Origin: a virus
Virus record (IMG/VR): IMGVR_UViG_3300045988_010248
Span: 1 to 42,801 of that record
Strand: one strand, 5' to 3'
Length of the DNA stretch: 42,801 bases
Shown here: positions 32,322-41,900 of the stretch, in pieces
How the letters are laid out: every line of letters starts with the position of its first letter
How positions within the stretch are numbered: the first letter of the stretch is position 1
Made by a program: the position numbers and the translations under genes
The notes under the pieces: generated by a model
What the model was told of the DNA's origin: nothing
The model's input: only the letters and a program-made list of their open reading frames with translations
Database searches by the model: none

Positions 32322-34417
32322 TACATGCTCTTCCTGTCTTTGATCTCTGCCATCTTGGCGTCATTCATTCGGGTCTTTCCATTGACATTACTGTAACCCA
32401 AGTACCCACAAACACGAGAAATAATAGAGAGGTTGTGAGACCCACAATGAGGACAGGTGTTACCAACATTAGTGCTATGCCTGCCACAATCCTCGCAATA
32501 AGCCGCATCAAAGTTGACACCTTGGTAGAAACCCATCGACATGCCTCTCTGAACAAGGGCTTTAACTGCATTGACCTTATCAGGGTTATCCACTCGTACA
32601 TACTGAATGTGACCCCCATTACACTTGTGAAAAAGTTCATATTCCTTATTCTGCTTCTCAAAAGGGGTTACATCTTCACTAACGTGGAGGTGAAAGGAGT
32701 TCGTGAAGTAATCTCCGAAGCGATTGTCTCCTGTATATTCATGGTATTGTCTAGCTTGAGTCCCACACAGAGATTCTGCAGGAGTACCATAAAGAGCATA
32801 AAGGTAGCCATCTTCTTTCTTAAATTCCTCAATCTTTTCGTTAATAAAATCAACAACAGTATTAGCAAAGCAGCTAGACTCTTTCAAAGTCTTGCCAGTA
32901 GCTAGGATAGACAACTCATTCAATGCAGTGATTCCAAAGGATGCAGTCATGTATTCTACAAGATCCCCAATCTCATCATCAGGATTCAAGTAGCCATTGT
33001 AAAGACCACCCTGAGTGAAACACATGGGGTTAGTACAAGCCTTAGTGTGACGAATCATGTCGTAACGTTTCTTAAGGAACTCACGGATGACCTGCATTCT
33101 ATCCTCAAGCACAACAAAGAAGTCTTCGCCTTCATTCTCAGCAACCTTCCAAATCAACGGAAGATTAAGAGAAACAGCACCAATGTTACAACGACCGATA
33201 GTAATGGCTTCGTTTGTCTTAGGGTCATGCCACTCAGTGAGATATGCACGGCAACCCATAGGGCTCGTGATAGCACCAGTGCGCTGATAGATATCGCCCA
33301 CCTTGCCATGGTTCAAGCTAAGGTAGTCAGGGTACATACACTTACTAGAACATTCCACAGCCTTATGGAAGAGTTCCTCATGATCCTCATCAGCTTCAAT
33401 CTTATCTTCATCATAGAGGAAGACGAGCTTGGGGAAGACAACTTGCTTACCACCATGGCCCTTCATACGGGTATCGAGGATAACTTCACCGATCAGCTTC
33501 ATGATGTCTCTGTCAAGATCATCCATCATGATGTCCCAAGTACCAAAAGTAAGCGTAGTAAACGCAAAGTCACCACGAGAACACGGGACAGTATTCAACT
33601 TCAACTCAAGAGACTGGAATCCCTGCTCAAGTTCACGCTTGAGATCCCCCATAGCCATTACATAGGATTCATTATACTCCATATTGCATTGTTCGAAATA
33701 CTTCCTAAAGGCGTTATCGTAGGTCTTCTCAGCATACGGAAGGAGAACCTTGTCGATCTCTGCAATGGTAAAACCGCCGAACTGCTGTGCAGTAGCTACA
33801 AGAGTAATGTCGCCGATAACCTGAAGGGCACTAAGGACACTCGTAGGTTCAGTGTACTTCACATTAGACATCTCAAAGCCACCCTTAAGGACATTGCCAA
33901 TGTCAAAGAGACAACAATTGAATGAATTAAAGATCATGTCTCTAAGGTCGTGGATGTAGATGTCACCACGCTTAACAAGCTCCTTCTCTTTCTTAGAAAG
34001 GTAGAACTGCTTGAACAATTCCTTAGTGAGGTACCCCTTAATGAGAGAACCCTTAGTAGAGATGAGGGAGCTATCAAAGTTAGCATTCTCACGGTCTCCC
34101 AAGAGAAGCGCCGTATCAGCTTCACTCTTGACAGACTCAAAGGCTTTAGCATAGGTGTTCTTGTAATCTCGATATTCCTGATAAGCCTTGCCTACTTCAG
34201 GGAGATATCTGTTAAGAGCATCAATAACGTGGTCATGAAGAGCCTCAGTAGTGACTTCAGTCTTGTGATAAAGGATGCCCTCGATGTAACCTTCGATCTG
34301 CCAAAGCTTCCATTCAGGATACTTAGCATTAGCTCTCTTAGTAGCCTTATCAATAGCTACCTTGATCTTATCAAAGCACCAGTCTTCACGAGTGCCGTCT
34401 TTCTTAATAACGTTCAT
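32321..34417 (-). CDS. nrdD: Anaerobic ribonucleoside-triphosphate reductase (class III)
   Basis: 698 aa. It has a C-terminal Zn site CEDCG...CPHCG, followed by the glycyl-radical motif SRVCGYLGY. Confidence 0.95.
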   Translation of the reverse strand: MNVIKKDGTREDWCFDKIKVAIDKATKRANAKYPEWKLWQIEGYIEGILYHKTEVTTEALHDHVIDALNRYLPEVGKAYQEYRDYKNTYAKAFESVKSEADTALLLGDRENANFDSSLISTKGSLIKGYLTKELFKQFYLSKKEKELVKRGDIYIHDLRDMIFNSFNCCLFDIGNVLKGGFEMSNVKYTEPTSVLSALQVIGDITLVATAQQFGGFTIAEIDKVLLPYAEKTYDNAFRKYFEQCNMEYNESYVMAMGDLKRELEQGFQSLELKLNTVPCSRGDFAFTTLTFGTWDIMMDDLDRDIMKLIGEVILDTRMKGHGGKQVVFPKLVFLYDEDKIEADEDHEELFHKAVECSSKCMYPDYLSLNHGKVGDIYQRTGAITSPMGCRAYLTEWHDPKTNEAITIGRCNIGAVSLNLPLIWKVAENEGEDFFVVLEDRMQVIREFLKKRYDMIRHTKACTNPMCFTQGGLYNGYLNPDDEIGDLVEYMTASFGITALNELSILATGKTLKESSCFANTVVDFINEKIEEFKKEDGYLYALYGTPAESLCGTQARQYHEYTGDNRFGDYFTNSFHLHVSEDVTPFEKQNKEYELFHKCNGGHIQYVRVDNPDKVNAVKALVQRGMSMGFYQGVNFDAAYCEDCGRHSTNVGNTCPHCGSHNLSIISRVCGYLGYSNVNGKTRMNDAKMAEIKDRKSM

Positions 34418-34446
34418 ATAACTCCTAGTTTTATATTTACTAAGGA

Positions 34447-34476
34447 GTTATCTAAAGCAAAATAGTTTTAGATAAC
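34447..34476 (-). promoter_or_regulatory. 10-bp-stem hairpin between the tail gene and nrdD
   Basis: GTTATCTAAA...TTTAGATAAC. No U-run follows on the minus sense, so it is not called as an intrinsic terminator. Confidence 0.4.
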
Positions 34477-34484
34477 CCCATATA

Positions 34485-36890
34485 TTATTTAGTAAGTTCC
34501 TTGTAGTTCACGATTGTTTCAATCAAAGGATTCAATCGAGAGTTACTTTGGAGATAGCAACCGTCTTTCTTATCCGACTTGAATTGAATACCGATCATAT
34601 CCTTAGCCTTTATATTGATTCCCTTAGCACGTAAAGTAACGATGCTTCCAACACTTCCCCCTGCGATCTTAACAGACACAGCATCTGCCTTAATGTCAGT
34701 GACAGTCCCGGCATTAGTAACATTCACGAGCTTAGCAGTAAATAGACTTTCATCCTTCTGCTCATTAAATACACGGAATGTAACTGAGATGTCCGCAGTA
34801 CCATCATTCGGGAACACTAGAGCACCCTCACCCCCTGTAGCACTTGATCCAGGGATTACCTGAACCTTATCATTCAAAGTAACATCTCCTTGATCCTTAG
34901 AGAACCCTACAGGGCAGTTACTCCATGTATCGTTCACTGTGTACCGCAGGGCAGAGTACCCATCATTATCTTGAATGAAGCGTTGCATACCCTCTTTGAA
35001 GAACAAACGATCCTCCACAACTCCCGTAGGAGCATGAATATGTGTAGTGAACGGAGTCTTAGCATCACACTGAAGTTTGCTAATTCGTAACGTACATGGA
35101 GTTTGAGCATCCACGGGATAAATACAGACAGCGAATTGCTTTGCATCTGTTGGTACTGTGAATTCATTAATAATCGTTTGGGAGCCTTGTACATTCTCTG
35201 AGACAAAGAAGGATTCAGCCTTAACCCATCCCTGAGAGAACGTAGGAACGGTGTTGTTTCTACTAGCTAGAATCTTAGGATTAGCTTTACCATCACCCAC
35301 CCACTTCATCAAGGCTACCTCAAAGCCACAATCAGGTGTCTCACCTACAAAGGATACTGAAAGAGCTTTACCTCTCAATAGAGCAGTCTTTTCAGGAGAC
35401 ATGATCTTATGGAAATCAAAGTCAACAATATCCGTGCCATTGGATAGAATTTGAATCTTACCATCAGCTACACCCGCCTTAAGGTTGCTCAAGGCATTCA
35501 AGCCCCAACCATCAGCCATTGTAGATGCGTCTCCTGCTGTACCATCAGCAATTGGAATAGTCATCTGTGTGAGCCAAGAGGTCGTGATAACACCAGTTCC
35601 AAAGTAGTGTCGAGTACTCTTTAAAGCAATACCCGAATCCAATTGGAATTGCAAGCCACCCTCACCAGTACGAGACTTCTTGGTACTTTCTTGGATTAAC
35701 AGACAGGTATTACCTTCAGTTCTATCCTCAAGCAACAACGGATCATCGAAACCATTGTCAACCATAACACGGAAATAGGTCAGGGCTTTAGCATTTACAA
35801 AGCGGTCAATGACTAGACGATCTAACGTATCACCCGCCTTGTAGTGCTTTTCGACAGCCATAGGATTACCGTTCTCATCAGTTAGAATACCCTTTGGTTT
35901 ACGAAGCTGATCTAGTGCTTGAATCCAAAGGCGTACCTTACCGTCTGAAGGGGCAACACCAGACATAGCGGCTACTGCTACTATATTGAAAGAGCTACCC
36001 CCTGTAATATTCGGGTCTTTGTCATCAGTTTCCTGAATACCGTATGCCTTATGGATACGATCTACTTCAAGATAAGCTCCACCATGAGTCAATTCATCAT
36101 CAAAGAACAATGCACCTGACTCTTTAGGAACAACTTCAAGAGGTTCATCCATACAGGCGTAATAGCTGATTCCACGAGTAGGCAAGATCAGGTCTACTGC
36201 TACATCACCATCGTGATAGTCATCAAGATGGATGTATGGAGAACGGAACAGGATGCTTGTGACATTGTCATAGGCTTGATTTCCGGTAGTCTCTATGTGA
36301 ATACCCCGCCCTTCGCCTGAAGATAGGTTACTCATAAGAGCGACCTGATCTAGCGTATCAACTGCTATAGGTGCTGTAGGAGACTTAAAGGTAATATCAA
36401 TAGCGTCTAACTCATCTTTAGTAGTAGCCGCTTCAATAGCCTTATTCATAGCCCATTTTTGAGCATAAGAGTTTTCACCAGTAGCAATAATTTCTAGAAG
36501 AAGCGTTCCTAGTTGTTCTCTAGTAATCTCGTGGAAGGTATTGTCTGAAGCTCTGAAAGTGACCTTCTCACCCTCAGGGGCAGATTGAGCCTTAGTAACA
36601 AGACCCATCACATCCGTCCATGCCCTAGTGTTCGCATCAGCAGTGAAGCCTAGGGATGAGGGAACAGTAGCTTCATTATTGTGATAGTTCAAGTAAGCTG
36701 ATTTAACAGCCTCATCCTTTGCTATCTTAAGTTCGGCAAGAGATACCTCAGGAATAGCTTTAATCTGAAACCGACGTACGCCGTTCTGCGGCTCGATCTC
36801 GTCGATGTAGCAGTCGCCGCGTGAGTTGCAGAAGACTGCCGCCTCGGGCGGATATTCGCCCTCGAAAATTTGTCCGATTTCAAAATTCAT
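34485..36890 (-). CDS. Large tail-associated protein (putative second receptor-binding protein), DUF4376-like N-terminal region
   Basis: ATG at 36890 after AGGAGGGA; the track ORF starts 42 nt upstream, inside the fibre gene. 801 aa. Residues about 60-190 (LKIAKDEAVKSAY...GFTADANTRAW...HEITREQLGTLLLEI...ATTKDELDAIDITF) fit the DUF4376 pattern. The remainder was not recognised. Confidence 0.6.
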   Translation of the reverse strand: MNFEIGQIFEGEYPPEAAVFCNSRGDCYIDEIEPQNGVRRFQIKAIPEVSLAELKIAKDEAVKSAYLNYHNNEATVPSSLGFTADANTRAWTDVMGLVTKAQSAPEGEKVTFRASDNTFHEITREQLGTLLLEIIATGENSYAQKWAMNKAIEAATTKDELDAIDITFKSPTAPIAVDTLDQVALMSNLSSGEGRGIHIETTGNQAYDNVTSILFRSPYIHLDDYHDGDVAVDLILPTRGISYYACMDEPLEVVPKESGALFFDDELTHGGAYLEVDRIHKAYGIQETDDKDPNITGGSSFNIVAVAAMSGVAPSDGKVRLWIQALDQLRKPKGILTDENGNPMAVEKHYKAGDTLDRLVIDRFVNAKALTYFRVMVDNGFDDPLLLEDRTEGNTCLLIQESTKKSRTGEGGLQFQLDSGIALKSTRHYFGTGVITTSWLTQMTIPIADGTAGDASTMADGWGLNALSNLKAGVADGKIQILSNGTDIVDFDFHKIMSPEKTALLRGKALSVSFVGETPDCGFEVALMKWVGDGKANPKILASRNNTVPTFSQGWVKAESFFVSENVQGSQTIINEFTVPTDAKQFAVCIYPVDAQTPCTLRISKLQCDAKTPFTTHIHAPTGVVEDRLFFKEGMQRFIQDNDGYSALRYTVNDTWSNCPVGFSKDQGDVTLNDKVQVIPGSSATGGEGALVFPNDGTADISVTFRVFNEQKDESLFTAKLVNVTNAGTVTDIKADAVSVKIAGGSVGSIVTLRAKGINIKAKDMIGIQFKSDKKDGCYLQSNSRLNPLIETIVNYKELTK

Positions 36891-36904
36891 GTTCTTCCCT
36901 CCTT

Positions 36905-38926
36905 TCAATATCCGCAGGCGAACCAATCCCAACCTTGGTTTCCACCCGAGTAATACGTGATTGACGTTTTCGCCGTTGTTCTGCTTGGGCGGTGCTCGTA
37001 TGCCGCAATCCAGTCAGGGTGATCCGTATACCCATTCGACGGTTGCACTTTGAACGTGTAATTTGTATTAGAAAATGTCTTATTAAAAGAGCATGTGCCA
37101 CCAGTACCGTGTCCACCTTGCTCAATCCATCCATCAGACCATACGCGATACCACCCTGTCCCGCTTCTCCACGTTTTAGTGACGTAAGCGTTCGGCCGTG
37201 GGATCGCATCAACGTCCGCTTGCACCTGCGTAACAGCCGTCAAAACATCGGCCATATCCACAGAACCGAGGTTCGTCGCTTGGCCTACCACGACAACGCA
37301 AATCATCCATTCGTTCGACCCGGGTTGAACGGTACTGGAGCGACCGTAGATGGCGTTCGAGCCGGAGGCTTTAAATCCTACTTTAATTGCGTAATCACTC
37401 CCGCCTGACGAACCTCCGTCAATATGCCCCTTTTTTAGCGTGTAAAATCCACCGGTATTTTCATTTTTAGACTCATCACTAGACTGTGCACTAATTGTTC
37501 CCGCTATTTCAGGAAGCCCCGCCTTGTGGTACGTACCCACGCTCGAACCCGCAATTGCGGTCTGCATGAAAGGCGTGAACTTAGGCGTGCGGAATGTCGT
37601 AGAGCCGTTTCCGTCCGAGTAGTACGGGCAATAGCCGCCGTTGGCAGAAGCAATGCTTTGCCATTCGGCTTCAGTCTTCACCCATCCTTTCGAGTTTGCA
37701 TAGGCGAAAAAGTCCGCGTACAGCGTGCGGTTGTACGTCGCCCCGTTGCATTGAATAGTCCCGTCTGGCGGAGTTTTGAAAGGCCACGCGAACAAGTGCC
37801 CCAACGGAAGCCCCGTCGGCTTGATGTCACTGCCTATCAAGAACCCCGAGTCATTAGTAAGCTGAGACGTTTTTGTCGGAATCGTCGGCTTATTCTTGAT
37901 GTAGTCTTTCTGAGTGCTATCTGTCTGACGCCAGTCTGCCTGAACCTGACCTTTGAAAGCTTGCCCTGCATAAACCTTAGCTCTATCAGCTTCACTCTTA
38001 GCTCGATCAGCTTCACTCTCAGCCCTATCAGCCTCTTGCGTAGATTTAATCTCAGAAGTCTTAGAGGCGGTCTCAGAATCCTTAGAAGCCGTCTCAGAGG
38101 CTTTTGCCTTGTCTTCAGATACCTTAGCATTACCTGCACTCGTAACTGCATTAGAAGCACTGTTTTGAGCCGATTGTGCACTACTCTTAGCATCTGCCGC
38201 CTGAGCCGTAGCATTTTTCTCTGCTTCCTTAGCCTGAGTCCCTGCATCACTTGCTACCTTAGCACTACTAGCCGAGCTATTTGCGTAGTACTTAGACGAG
38301 TACTCAGAACCATCGACAGTATCATCTAGCTTGATTGCCCAATCCTTAGCTAAAAGAGCACTATCGGAAGCACTAATCTCAGAAGCCTTAGCGTTAGCCT
38401 CTGAGACCTTAGCGGCATCTCTAGCTTTCTCCGCATTTAGCCTAGCCTGATAGACACCTTCTACATCTTCTTTGTAGTGCTTAAGGGTAACAGCATCGTT
38501 GTCCTTAATAGGAGTCCCTACGTTGGTGATACGGTGTCCCTTAGCATCCCAATTGCCCTCTTTGTCACCAGTAATGGCGTCATTGATGACTTCTCTAGCT
38601 TCTTCAGCAATATGGCATGCCTGCACTGAAGACACATCAAGGTCAATAGCCTTAAGGACTGAAGCATCCTTAAAAGACACCACACGATCAGTAGCTGACG
38701 TATAGCGTCTGATGGTTAACACCTCTCCTACCTGAGGAGGGACTTTAAGTCTGACTTTGGTTTTGTCTAGAAAGTAATAGTCCTTTGAGGTGTCCCCATA
38801 GTCACCACCCTTTAAGATGGTGACGCCAAGGGACACTCTTATGAACTTCTTTGCTAGATAATCAAAGGGGACAGCGAAGTCAGTAGTAGCACCGTCACCT
38901 GTATAAAAAGCAATAGTAGAAGCCAT
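36905..38926 (-). CDS. Tail fibre (T7 gp17-like N-terminal adaptor; Ala/Ser-rich shaft; tail-collar-like C-terminal domain)
   Basis: The N-terminus MASTIAFYTGDGATTDFAVPFDYLAKKFIRVSL parallels T7 gp17. The motif TSQLTNDSGF is present, followed by PLGHLFAWPF...PDGTIQCNGATYNRTLYADFFAY, which is a collar-domain pattern. Confidence 0.85.
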   Translation of the reverse strand: MASTIAFYTGDGATTDFAVPFDYLAKKFIRVSLGVTILKGGDYGDTSKDYYFLDKTKVRLKVPPQVGEVLTIRRYTSATDRVVSFKDASVLKAIDLDVSSVQACHIAEEAREVINDAITGDKEGNWDAKGHRITNVGTPIKDNDAVTLKHYKEDVEGVYQARLNAEKARDAAKVSEANAKASEISASDSALLAKDWAIKLDDTVDGSEYSSKYYANSSASSAKVASDAGTQAKEAEKNATAQAADAKSSAQSAQNSASNAVTSAGNAKVSEDKAKASETASKDSETASKTSEIKSTQEADRAESEADRAKSEADRAKVYAGQAFKGQVQADWRQTDSTQKDYIKNKPTIPTKTSQLTNDSGFLIGSDIKPTGLPLGHLFAWPFKTPPDGTIQCNGATYNRTLYADFFAYANSKGWVKTEAEWQSIASANGGYCPYYSDGNGSTTFRTPKFTPFMQTAIAGSSVGTYHKAGLPEIAGTISAQSSDESKNENTGGFYTLKKGHIDGGSSGGSDYAIKVGFKASGSNAIYGRSSTVQPGSNEWMICVVVVGQATNLGSVDMADVLTAVTQVQADVDAIPRPNAYVTKTWRSGTGWYRVWSDGWIEQGGHGTGGTCSFNKTFSNTNYTFKVQPSNGYTDHPDWIAAYEHRPSRTTAKTSITYYSGGNQGWDWFACGY
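37975..38037. repeat. 21-bp tandem repeat x3 inside the fibre shaft (heptads SEADRAK)
   Basis: Direct reading of cttagctc(t/g)atcagcttcact units. The protein reads EADRAESEADRAKSEADRAK. Confidence 0.8.
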
Positions 38927-41900
38927 TAGTAATCTTCATTCATTAAGTTGTAAACACCCCATTTAAAGAAGGGAACGTTAGAGAAACTTCTAACAGACTT
39001 AGCAAATCTAGTTCTAGCTTGTTCAGCCTGTTTCTCTGTGTAGTCATCACTAATACTAGACATGACCACATCCTTCCCATAGCCGCCAATGTTAGCTAAG
39101 GAAGCAACCGTAGAGTATGCAGGGAACATAGCTCTAAGATACTTGTCAGCATCAAAACCCTGATAAGTCTCTGCCTTGTTAGCAAAGTAATCAATATCAG
39201 CAGTAGTCTTAACGCTAGGGTTGTAACCTGCAGTAGAAGCTACGAGAGCAGGGAACGCCAAGACAGAAGATCTCATGACACCATTGATACCAACCTGAAA
39301 GAGAGTGTCCATAGTGACACCTTCATTCTTGTCATAAGCAACGGTCTGCTTAAGGTACTCTTCTCTCTGTTCTTCAGTCATGCCTGCCATACCAATACAA
39401 GTATTAGCCATAGCACCCACAGTACCAAGAGCAGTAGACAAGAAGATGCTGTAAGCCTGACCCAAGGCATCGCCTTCAGCGGCTCTATTCATCATCTTTC
39501 TAATTCTCTTGTCATAGGATCTAATAGCAAAGGTCTTGAACTGCAGTAGCATCTGCATGAAAGGATTTCTCTTAGAACCCTCCCAAAGGAAAGTATCGCC
39601 GATGGTGTTCTTCTGGATCACTTCATGAGCAACATAGTCACCAAGCCTTCTGAGAGTAGCAAGGCCCATAACGTCACCTGACATGAGATGCTGTAAGTTA
39701 GTAATGGAGATAGCACCGTTCTTATCAACAGTAGTGCTTTCTCTAAGGAGCTTAAGCATCTTATCGAAGTTCTCAACAGAGACCCCGTTTCTAGCTAAGG
39801 TCTCCTTAGTAAGGAACCCCTTAGGTCTAAGAGACTTGTTGTGAGCATACTGAATGAGTTCACCTAAGAACATCCCCTGTGAACCCTCAACAATAGAGTT
39901 CTCAGTAGACTGAAGGAATTTAGTAAAGGGAGATGCCTGTGCCAAAGACTCACTAGCGGCAACCAACATAGCCTTAGCCTTGTTACCTTGGAATCTATGA
40001 AGTTGTCTCTCATACGACTCCTGAGCAATGTCTCTGAAGACACCTGCGTTCTTAACAGACAAGCCAAAGATAAGTGACTGAGCATGACGCACATCAGCAT
40101 TAGACATACCGTTCTTAGTCCAGTTATCAAAGAGCTCTCTGACAAGAGGAGTGTTCCTAAGAATCTGCACAGCACCATAGTGCTTTACAGCTTCACCCTG
40201 TTCAAAGATGTTAGCTACACCCATAAGAGCATTCTTAGAAAGGAACGTAAGGTTTCTCACTACATCAGCTACAGCACCAAGCCATGAAGTATTAATGTCA
40301 GCTCTACTACCGTACTTACCGTAGATCATATCTGCAGTAAGATTAAAGGCTCTCTGAATCTGTTCCTTCTTGAGACCCTTGCCAACAGACTTGTTCATCT
40401 CATCAACAGCAAGCTGATTAAGATGTTCTCTAAAGGCTTGCTCTGAGTCAAAACCAAGACCCTGTACAATGCTATCACCAGTCTTCTTATTGACATAGGT
40501 TCTGATAGCTTCAATAGGATTAGCTCTGAAGTCATCAATACCAACACCACTAGCTCCTCTCTGAGTGGTATCCCAAGGGATTCTAGTGACATTAGGGTCA
40601 TACTTGGTATTACCAGTACCGTAGAGATTAAGAGTGCTAGGATTAGACTGATTCTGGTCTACCCAACCATAAGCATCACTACGAGCATTCTCTCTAACCC
40701 ACTGATTGATCTCAGCCTGTGAGGGCTTCTCAGGGAGAGGTAAGGGAGCCTTATCGTACTTGTAGTTACGAATGGCCGTAGCTTCTTCCTTAGCACCCTT
40801 CTTCTGGATGTCACTGACTTCCTTCTTGAGCTTGTCTGTGGACTCCTTAGCTTTAGCTTTGGTCTCCTCAATCTGCTTCTTGTAGCTTTCCTTCTTCTTA
40901 GCAATCCTGTCTGAAGCTTCTTGCTTTCTGAGCTTTTCCTTCTCAGTGAGTTCAGCAATAGCCTTGTCTTTCTTAGCTTCAGCTTTCTCAAGGTCTTCGT
41001 AGGTCTTAGCCTTAGCTACGTTCTTCTTGTAAGCTTCGTTAATTTCATCAAGCTTTGCATTAACCTTCTTGTCAATCTCTGAATGAGCTTTCTTAAGTTC
41101 ATCAGGAAGGTCATCAATCTTAGCTTGAATCTCAGACACTCGATCTCTAGCATTTGATTCAATGTTCCTAATTCTATTAAATCTGTCTGAGGATTTCCTA
41201 GAGACTTCCTTACGGATAGTCTTTACCTCATTGACAGTCTCAGGTACAGCCTTCTTTTGGTGCTCTTCAATCTCTTTCTTATTAGCTTCGAGCTTAGGCT
41301 TATACACCTTGTCATAGTAGTATTGGTCAATCCTAGCTTTAACTGCAGGATTGGTTTCGTAGCCCTTAATAAGAGACTCAGCAATCTGATCGGTAAGAGT
41401 GTTAACTACATCACCTCTCTGACCCTTAGTGCCCTGTATAGCTTCAATTCTATCAGACACCTTAACAGGGTCCGCAACTCTTGGGAAGAAATCCTGTACA
41501 CCACCTTCAGTTGTGTAAGGGGCAATCATATCAAGACATTCTTTCTTGAAGGCTTCAAACTCAGCATTACCGTCAAGCTTAGTCTTAGCTCCACCAATAG
41601 ATCTGTAGAAGCAATCCATGACATCAACATCAGAGTAACCTTCCTTACGGAGATTACCCACATGATCCCTAGCCTGAACCTCAAAGTTAGTGAGCTTGAT
41701 CTCTGCATCCCTAAGCTTTTCCTGAGCAGTAATACCATCAAAGGTAGTAGCTACGTAATGACCTTCAGCATCCTTAGTACCAGAACCTCTATCAACGAAG
41801 ATCTTCCTAAAGAGATCTACGGATTCTGAGTTCTGAAGTCTCTTTACGACACCCATAACAGAACCTACAGGAAGCCTTGCTTCAAGGTTCTCTCTAAAGG

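Noticed and set aside
36880-37212. 110-aa ORF 36880..37212 and the 14-codon N-terminal extension of ORF 34485..36932.
   Set aside because: Both overlap the fibre coding frame. The real start of the downstream gene is the ATG at 36890, preceded by AGGAGGGA.
37900-38330. Diversity-generating or hypervariable cassette in the repetitive Ala/Ser/Glu-rich fibre shaft.
   Set aside because: The repeats are simple in-frame heptad/coiled-coil duplications. There is no reverse transcriptase and no template/variable repeat pair in the genome.
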